A stretch of 64,000 nucleotides of DNA from Phycisphaerae bacterium (GTDB taxonomy: Bacteria > Planctomycetota > Phycisphaerae > UBA1845 > JAFGLZ01), in NCBI GenBank assembly GCA_016927755.1, contig JAFGLZ010000262.1:3383-67382 (forward strand). The letters are read 5' to 3'. The position numbers were made by a program, and so were the translations under genes. The notes beneath the pieces are model-generated. The model was given only the letters and a program-made list of their open reading frames with translations, ran no database searches and had not been told where the DNA came from. Below are positions 57,654 to 64,000 of this stretch, one piece after another; within the stretch, counting starts at the first letter, position 1; every line of letters begins with the position of its first letter.

Positions 57654-59078
57654 GTGCCACCTGAAATCCAACATCATTGTGGGTTATTCGGAATCTACGG
57701 CGACCCGGATGCCGTGGAGAAGACGTACTATGCGCTCTACGCCCAGCAGCATCGAGGCCAGGAGTCGGCGGGCATCTGCAGCAGCGACGGCCAGGAGATC
57801 GACCGGTACGTCGGCATGGGGCTGGTCACGGAGGTCTTCGATCGGCAGCGGCTCGAGCTGGTTCGCAACCCGATCGCCATCGGTCACGTCCGATATTCGA
57901 CGACGGGCAGCAGCGCCCACGTCAATATCCAGCCCTTGTTGGTAACGTACAGCCGCGGCCAGATGGCCATCGCCCACAACGGTAACCTGATCAACGCCAA
58001 GCTGCTCCGCGACTCGTATGAGGATGCCGGGGCGATTTTCCAGACCACGTCGGACACCGAGGTCATCGTCCACCTGATGGCCAAGCCGGACCACATCAAG
58101 CACCACGACACGCTAGCCCACGTGCTGCGGCACCTGCAGGGGGCGTTCAGCCTGCTGTTTCTCTTTCCGGACCGGGTCGTCGCGGCCCGCGATCCGTACG
58201 GGGTGCGTCCACTAAGCTTGGGCATGACGGCCCAGGGCGCGCCGGTCGTGGCGAGCGAGACGTGCGCATTCGACATCATCGACGCCCAGTACGTCCGCGA
58301 CGTCCAGCCCGGCGAGATCGTCACATTGGATCGGAAAGGCATCAGCAGCCACTACTTCGTCGAGCCCAGCGAGTGCCGTCCGGGTCACTGCATCTTCGAG
58401 CACGTGTACTTCGCCGACCCGGCCAGCTCGATCTTCAGCGAGAACGTCCACATCGTTCGGTCCGCGATGGGGCGGCAACTGGCGCGCGAGGCCCCCACCG
58501 ACGCGGACGTGGTAATCCCCGTGCCCAACTGCGCCCGGTGCGCGTCGATGGGCTACGCCAAGCAGTCGACGGTCCCGCCCGGGAGGGGATTCACGACGAG
58601 TCACTATGCCGGGCGGAGCTTCATCATGCCGAGCCAGGGTCAGCGCGATCTGGCGGTCAAGATGAAGCTCAACGTGATCAAGGAGGCGGTTCGCGGCAAG
58701 CGTCTGGTCGTGATCGAGGATTCGGTCGTCCGCGGCACGACGACGCGGGGCAAGATGGGGGCGCTCCGGGCGGCGGGGGCGAAGGAGATCCATCTCCGCG
58801 TGGCCAGCCCGCCGATCCGGCACCCGTGCTTCTACGGCATCGACTTTCCGGACCCGAACGAGCTGGTCGCCAACCAGTGCGGCAGCGTCGAGGCCATTCG
58901 CGAATACCTCGAGGTCGATTCCCTGCACTACCTCTCTCTCGAGGGGATGCTGAGTTGCGTCCGGTTCGCGCCCGACCACTACTGCACGGCGTGTTTCAGC
59001 GGTCACTACCCCATCAGCGTGGACGAGCCCGTCACCAAGTTCGCCCTCGAGCGACATCAATTGCGGATGTTCGAGTAG
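57654..59078 (+). CDS. purF: Amidophosphoribosyltransferase (Fe-S type)
   Basis: Propeptide then CGLFG. Motifs: QHRGQESAG, GHVRYSTTG, AHNGN, SDTEV, CIFEHVYF, DSVVRGTT, PCFYGID, CTACF.G.YP. Confidence 0.97.
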   Translation: MPPEIQHHCGLFGIYGDPDAVEKTYYALYAQQHRGQESAGICSSDGQEIDRYVGMGLVTEVFDRQRLELVRNPIAIGHVRYSTTGSSAHVNIQPLLVTYSRGQMAIAHNGNLINAKLLRDSYEDAGAIFQTTSDTEVIVHLMAKPDHIKHHDTLAHVLRHLQGAFSLLFLFPDRVVAARDPYGVRPLSLGMTAQGAPVVASETCAFDIIDAQYVRDVQPGEIVTLDRKGISSHYFVEPSECRPGHCIFEHVYFADPASSIFSENVHIVRSAMGRQLAREAPTDADVVIPVPNCARCASMGYAKQSTVPPGRGFTTSHYAGRSFIMPSQGQRDLAVKMKLNVIKEAVRGKRLVVIEDSVVRGTTTRGKMGALRAAGAKEIHLRVASPPIRHPCFYGIDFPDPNELVANQCGSVEAIREYLEVDSLHYLSLEGMLSCVRFAPDHYCTACFSGHYPISVDEPVTKFALERHQLRMFE

Positions 59079-59130
59079 CCTGGACGGAGCCAAGCGTCCG
59101 TGGTCGCCCTTCGAGCGATCTGCGCACACG

Positions 59131-60264
59131 TCAGATATTCTGCCCAGCGAGCATGGCGCCGGCCATGCGATCGGCCATCTGCTGGTTGGCGAAGATGAGC
59201 GGCAGTAGGAAGTGGAGGTCCGTGTTGGGCAAGCGCAGGTAGTCGGCCATGGCGGTGCGCCATCGGGCGTCGTATTCGCCTAGGACGTCCTGCGCGGTGG
59301 CGGAGGAGGCGGCGTCGGCGATGACGTCGGCGGCGATCGAGGCGGACCACATCCCGGGATAGATCCCCTCGTAGCTGATGGGCGTAACAAACCCCCCCGC
59401 GTCGCCGACGAGCAGCGAACGCTTCCCGACGTGGGTCTCCATCTCGATGGCCGCGCCGGCGGGGGTGGGCAGCGTAGCGGGCTGGGCGGGCTCGATACCT
59501 TTCGGCAGGAGTCCGGCTCGAGCCGCGTCCTCGGCGAAGATCTCGAAGTACTCGCCGATTTCCCCGGCGCCGGCCTTGCCGGCAACGCCGATCGCCAGAT
59601 GATCCGCCCGACGAAGGAGGTAGCCGATGCCCTGCTTGCCGATCAGGCCCAGGACGAAGGCCGTCTCGGTGCCGCGATCCTTGGACGGGCCGCCTCGTGA
59701 TGCAGGCAACGTCGTATCCCATTGCGCCTGCCAGTGGGCGGGCTCGGACGAGACGGCCAGCCCCAGGTGGTCGGCGACGAGGGATCGCGCCCCGTCGGCG
59801 CCCACGAGAAATCGGGCGTTCAGATCGGTTTCGTCCGACAAGGTCAGGCGGACGCTCTCCTCCTGAACGTCCACTCCCGTGACGCGGCGTCCCAGCGTCA
59901 GGGTCGCGCCCGCCGTCGTGGCCGCGTCGAGCAGCGCGTTCTCGAGGACGCCTCGGTCTGACGCGAAGGCCAGCGACGCGCCGGGCCGGGCCGTGATCTG
60001 CTTGTCGAAGGTGGCGGAGTGGAAGGTGACGGAATCGATGTCACCGGCGAGCACCGCGTCCGCATCCACGCCGCAGGCGTCGAGGATTCCTCGGACCTCC
60101 GCGTTCACCCACACGCACTGGCCTTGCGCGCGCGGACCGTCTCGGTAGTCGACGAGACCGACGGACAGTCCCTTCTTGGCGCAGAGGCAAGCCGCCGTCG
60201 CTCCGGCGGGGCCCGCTCCAACGATGATGACGTCATAGCCCGCGGCATCGCTGTCTACAGTCAT
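59131..60264 (-). CDS. Geranylgeranyl reductase-family FAD-dependent oxidoreductase
   Basis: Motifs: DVIIVGAGPAG, VGADG..S.V, LVGDAGGFV.P..EGI. Confidence 0.88.
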   Translation of the reverse strand: MTVDSDAAGYDVIIVGAGPAGATAACLCAKKGLSVGLVDYRDGPRAQGQCVWVNAEVRGILDACGVDADAVLAGDIDSVTFHSATFDKQITARPGASLAFASDRGVLENALLDAATTAGATLTLGRRVTGVDVQEESVRLTLSDETDLNARFLVGADGARSLVADHLGLAVSSEPAHWQAQWDTTLPASRGGPSKDRGTETAFVLGLIGKQGIGYLLRRADHLAIGVAGKAGAGEIGEYFEIFAEDAARAGLLPKGIEPAQPATLPTPAGAAIEMETHVGKRSLLVGDAGGFVTPISYEGIYPGMWSASIAADVIADAASSATAQDVLGEYDARWRTAMADYLRLPNTDLHFLLPLIFANQQMADRMAGAMLAGQNI

Positions 60265-60359
60265 GTATTCTCGCTCACAGTCGGGTTCTCGTCATGGCGA
60301 CACTCGCGGCCAACCGGCGTCGTCTCGCGCGGACGCCACGGGAGAGGATCGAGCCGCGG

Positions 60360-61748
60360 TCAGGGCTTGATGTTAAGCGACTTCCACAGGGCGGCCTCGG
60401 CCGCGCTGAATTTCTTGAACGTGTCCTGCAGCTCGGATCGGATCACCTTGAGCTCCGGGTCATCGACGGGCACCTTGCCTTCGCGCGATTCGGTCAATCC
60501 TTCCAGCCTGGCGGTCGCATCGTCGAGTCGCGTGGCCGCCTCGGCGAACGCGCGAGCGGCGTCGAAGATATTGAGTTCCTTGGTCTCGACGAGCGTCGGG
60601 CGATAGAGCAGCCGCCAGGGGTTGCGCCTCAGGTCCTTGGCGGCGGCGGTGAGGTGATCGCTCGTCTCCTTGAAGTTGCTGAGGATCTTGTCGAGCGTGC
60701 CCTTGTTGAGGGTCACGACCTCGTTGGTGGACTCGGTGATCTCGTTGAGATCCTTCAGCGAGGCCGTCATCAGATCCACGGACCGATGGATCTTTGCCAT
60801 CAGGCTCTTGGTGTTCTCGGCGTTCAGCTCGTCGGCGATGGTCTTGACGACGTTGTCGTTGAGCGTCCTGGTCGTTTCCTGGACGTTGTCGAGGGTGGTT
60901 TTGATCGTCGGGCGGTTCTCGGCCAGCATTCCGCTAACGTCTTGGAGCGAGTTGTTGACCGTGTCGAGGGCGATTTGCAGCTTACCGAGCAGGGCGCTGC
61001 GGGCCTTGGGGTCCATCTGATTTTGCAGTTCGCCCGTGATGACGTTGATGTGATCCATGGTCACGTGGAGCTTGGCGAGGAGGGCCTGGCCCTGCTTCGG
61101 ATCGAACTGGTCCTTGAGGCTGCCCGAGATGGTGTTGAGGTCGGTCATCGTCTGGAGGAGCTTGGCCATCAGGCTGCCTGCCTCCCGAGCGTCCAACTGG
61201 ATCTTGATCAACCCCATCAGGCTGCCCTTTTCCTGGGCGTCCAGCTCGCGAGTGAGCAGGCCACCGATCTCCGATATCTGTTCGGTGACGGCCGCGAAGC
61301 CGCCCATGCCCTGGCCCTCGACCACGTCGTTTGGACCCAGGGTCTTGTCGCTCTTGCCCTGGTCCTGAATCCGCAGCAGGCCGGCCCCGCCGAGAATCGG
61401 CCCTTCGGGAAGGATCTCGCAATCGCTTCTAAGGTCGAGGTCGCTACGGACGGTGGCCCTGACGAACAGGCACATCAGGTTTCGCTTTTCGCCCTTGGCC
61501 TTGTCCGTCAGCTCGGCCGGTGCGAGCCAGAGCTCGCTGATCCTGCCGACCTGCCGTCCGGCGAAGAGGATGGGGCTGTCTTCCTTGAGCGGCGGGAGGG
61601 CCAGCGTCGGCGCGAATCGGATCGTCATGGTTCGGGTGGGCTTGCCCCTCAGGTCGCTCGCGCCGACGTAGATGACGACGGCGATGGTCAGCGCGAGCAT
61701 CACGAGGACCGTCAGACCGACCACGAAGTTGTTCCGGCGTTTGGCCAT
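60360..61748 (-). CDS. mlaD: MCE/MlaD-family protein with long helical repeat region
   Basis: N-terminal TM, MCE-like L...SPI.FAG..VG.I, long helical region, C-terminal RRNPWRLL; operonic with mlaE and mlaF. Confidence 0.78.
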   Translation of the reverse strand: MAKRRNNFVVGLTVLVMLALTIAVVIYVGASDLRGKPTRTMTIRFAPTLALPPLKEDSPILFAGRQVGRISELWLAPAELTDKAKGEKRNLMCLFVRATVRSDLDLRSDCEILPEGPILGGAGLLRIQDQGKSDKTLGPNDVVEGQGMGGFAAVTEQISEIGGLLTRELDAQEKGSLMGLIKIQLDAREAGSLMAKLLQTMTDLNTISGSLKDQFDPKQGQALLAKLHVTMDHINVITGELQNQMDPKARSALLGKLQIALDTVNNSLQDVSGMLAENRPTIKTTLDNVQETTRTLNDNVVKTIADELNAENTKSLMAKIHRSVDLMTASLKDLNEITESTNEVVTLNKGTLDKILSNFKETSDHLTAAAKDLRRNPWRLLYRPTLVETKELNIFDAARAFAEAATRLDDATARLEGLTESREGKVPVDDPELKVIRSELQDTFKKFSAAEAALWKSLNIKP

Positions 61749-61806
61749 CTCGATTCCTCTCTTGCTCGACGTGCCCTCAGCGGCTCGCCCGCCCAACAGT
61801 AACGAG

Positions 61807-62730
61807 CTAGCCCCGGACGATGAGCTTTTCGAACTCGCTCATGCCGACTTCGTCCGTGAGCGGGCCCTCGCTGTAGCCGTTGAGGAACTGGTTCATCAGG
61901 CGTTCCTCGACGTTGGCCAGGGAATCCGGGTCGGCATCGCGCAGGGCCTCGAACTCGGATCGCGGGCCGATCTTCAGGACGCGCCCCTTGTCGAGCATGA
62001 CCATCCGGTCGGCGATACGGAACGCCGAGTCCATCTCGTGCGTGACGACGACGCTGGTGACCGCGAGCATCTTGGACAGGTTCATCATCAGCTCGTCGAT
62101 GGCCGCCGAGGTCACCGGGTCGAGCCCGGCGCTGGGCTCGTCGTAGAACAGGATCTCCGGGTCGAGGGCGGTGGCCCGCGCGAGCCCGGCTCGCTTTTTC
62201 TGGCCGCCCGAGAGCTGCGAGGGCATCTTGTCGCGGTGCTCGAGCATACGGACCTGCTGGAGCTTGAGCGTGACCACGATGTCGATGACGGACTCGTCCA
62301 CGTAGCTGTGCTCACGGAGGGGCAGGGCGACGTTTTCGGCCAGCGTCATGGAGTTGAACAGCGCGCCGCTTTGAAAGAGGATGCCGAACTTCTTTCGCAC
62401 CTCGTTCAGCTCGGCCTCACCCAGGCGGGCGATGTCGACCGGCGCGGCCATGCCGCTCGTCTTGAAGAGAATGGCACCGCCGTCCGTCTGGTACTCGGCG
62501 ATGAGGCAGTTCAGCAGCGTGCTCTTGCCGCAGCCGCTGCCGCCCATGACGACCAGGGTCTCGCCCTTGTAGACGTCGAAGGTGACCCCGTCGAGCACCG
62601 TGATTTCGTTGCCTTCGGCGTCGGAGAACCGCTTGACCAGGTCGCGGACGCTGACGGCGATCTCGGGGCGTTTGCCGCCGTCCGGACCGATCGTGGTGCC
62701 GTTCGATTCTTGGTGCGGCTGATCCGCCAC
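61807..62730 (-). CDS. mlaF: MlaF/Mkl-type ABC ATPase
   Basis: Motifs: GGSGCGKS, FQSGALFNSMT, LSGGQKKR, YDEPSAGLDP, VTHEM. Confidence 0.9.
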   Translation of the reverse strand: MADQPHQESNGTTIGPDGGKRPEIAVSVRDLVKRFSDAEGNEITVLDGVTFDVYKGETLVVMGGSGCGKSTLLNCLIAEYQTDGGAILFKTSGMAAPVDIARLGEAELNEVRKKFGILFQSGALFNSMTLAENVALPLREHSYVDESVIDIVVTLKLQQVRMLEHRDKMPSQLSGGQKKRAGLARATALDPEILFYDEPSAGLDPVTSAAIDELMMNLSKMLAVTSVVVTHEMDSAFRIADRMVMLDKGRVLKIGPRSEFEALRDADPDSLANVEERLMNQFLNGYSEGPLTDEVGMSEFEKLIVRG

Positions 62731-62805
62731 GACGTTCTCCGCGATTCGTCGCCAGGGCCCGGTGACCGGCTTGTCGGGGCGAAGGCCGGATCGCCTCGTC
62801 GCCGG

Positions 62806-63672
62806 TCATATCTCATAGACGTAGAAGATCGTCGTGAAGACGCAGTCCGTGGCGATCAGGGCCACGATGCTCTTGACGACGGTTTGGGTCGTCGCCCGCC
62901 CGACCCCCTCGGCGCCACCGCTGACGTTAAGACCTTCGTAGCAGGCGAGCATGGCGATCAGGAGGCCGAAGACGGCCGCCTTGATCAAGCCGGTGACGAA
63001 GTCCTTGTTCGTCAGGGCGTCCTGGGTCAACTGCAAATAGGTGGTCGGGTCCACGCCGAGCACGACAACGCCCGTGAACATGCCGCCGGCGACGCCGGTC
63101 ACGTCGGCCAGCACGGCGAGCCCCGTCAGCATCACCACGGTGGCCAGATATCTGGGCACGACGAGGAAATGGATCGGGTTCAGGGCGTGGGCGCGCAGGG
63201 CCTTGATCTCTTCCGACTCGACCATGGATCCGATCTCGGCCGCGATGGAGGCTCCCGCGAACCCGCTGAGAAGGATCGCCGAGATGAGCGGTCCGAGCTC
63301 ACGGAACACGGCGATCGCCACGATGATGGCCACGGTGTCGACCTGTCCGTACATCTCCAGGGTCGGCGCGATCGCCAGGGCAAGGATGACTCCGATGAAG
63401 AGCTGGACGAGCACGATGATCGGGATGGCTCGAACGCCGACGCGGACCATCTGCGCGACGACGGCGGGACGGCCGAGCTTGACCTTGGGTAGGAACGTGC
63501 CTCGCACCGTCCATCGCACGGCGTCGGCGAGCAGGTAACACAGTCCACCGAACAGACTGACTGCCCGGTGAAGGGTTCGTCCGGCCTCGAACGTGGCCTG
63601 CCCGACCGCCTCGACGTATTGCCGAGCGCGGTTGGGCGCGGCTTGCCCGGAGCCATGCGGAGGTGAGCTCAT
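62806..63672 (-). CDS. mlaE: MlaE-family ABC permease
   Basis: Motifs: RELGP, G..GASIAAEIGSM..SEEI.AL, P..FLVVPR, GAEGVGRATT..VV. Confidence 0.92.
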   Translation of the reverse strand: MSSPPHGSGQAAPNRARQYVEAVGQATFEAGRTLHRAVSLFGGLCYLLADAVRWTVRGTFLPKVKLGRPAVVAQMVRVGVRAIPIIVLVQLFIGVILALAIAPTLEMYGQVDTVAIIVAIAVFRELGPLISAILLSGFAGASIAAEIGSMVESEEIKALRAHALNPIHFLVVPRYLATVVMLTGLAVLADVTGVAGGMFTGVVVLGVDPTTYLQLTQDALTNKDFVTGLIKAAVFGLLIAMLACYEGLNVSGGAEGVGRATTQTVVKSIVALIATDCVFTTIFYVYEI

Positions 63673-64000
63673 GCCTGGAGCGCCTCATCGACGGTCAGGT
63701 GGATCGAGAAGAACTGATCGAGTCGCGTGATTTCGAACGCGTTTCGGACACGATCGTTCATTGCCACGAGGGCCATCTTGCCCTTGTAGCCGTTGACCTG
63801 CTGGAACACCTTGACGAGCGTGCCGAGGCCGCTGCTGTCCATGTACTCCACGTCCGCCAAGTCGATGATGAGGCGGGCGGGTCGTTTCTCGACTTGACTG
63901 TTGAGGACCTCCAGCAGCTTGTGGGATTGGTTGTAGTCGATCTCGCCCGCCAGCGAGACCACCAATCCGCCGTCGTGCTCCTGGATCCCTTTGACCAGCG
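63669..64000 (-). CDS. STAS-domain protein (anti-sigma factor antagonist / MlaB-like); start lies beyond window edge
   Basis: Motifs: GEID, IDLADVEYMDSSGLG.LV, FEITRL. Frame is open to the window end and overlaps the mlaE start. Confidence 0.88.
   Translation of the reverse strand, partial: LVKGIQEHDGGLVVSLAGEIDYNQSHKLLEVLNSQVEKRPARLIIDLADVEYMDSSGLGTLVKVFQQVNGYKGKMALVAMNDRVRNAFEITRLDQFFSIHLTVDEALQA

Overview
High-GC bacterial chromosomal window with about 43 genes. A Planctomycetota/Phycisphaerae-like origin is inferred from the gene types: a CxxCGYxLRGL..RCPECG membrane protein, many secreted glycan-processing proteins, hybrid kinases with HPt domains and several intergenic REP-like palindrome families. 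Contents: three serpins with very different reactive loops; an MttB-superfamily methyltransferase; two ceramidase-like hydrolases; several putative glycoside hydrolases and lyases; a translationally coupled three-gene sensor cluster (a kinase-less GAF/PAS sensor plus two hybrid HK-REC-HPt proteins); a bacterioferritin-like gene; a CapD/PglF-type dehydratase; a Tat-exported fucose-isomerase-like protein; an SDR lacking its catalytic Tyr/Ser; an XRE-ImmA/IrrE + PIN-like pair; an ADP-forming acyl-CoA synthetase with a CoA-transferase-GNAT fusion; TetR-RND efflux genes; purF; and a STAS-MlaE-MlaF-MlaD-reductase cluster. The most notable unexplained structure is a lower-GC islet at about 42.63-43.86 kb. 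It holds a winged-helix-like gene, a candidate ~65-nt antisense RNA with its own near-consensus sigma70 promoter, palindrome and terminator, and a 46-aa basic peptide gene with a structurally sequestered ribosome-binding site. No tRNA, rRNA, CRISPR array or transposase was recognised. All family calls come from motif recognition, not database searches.
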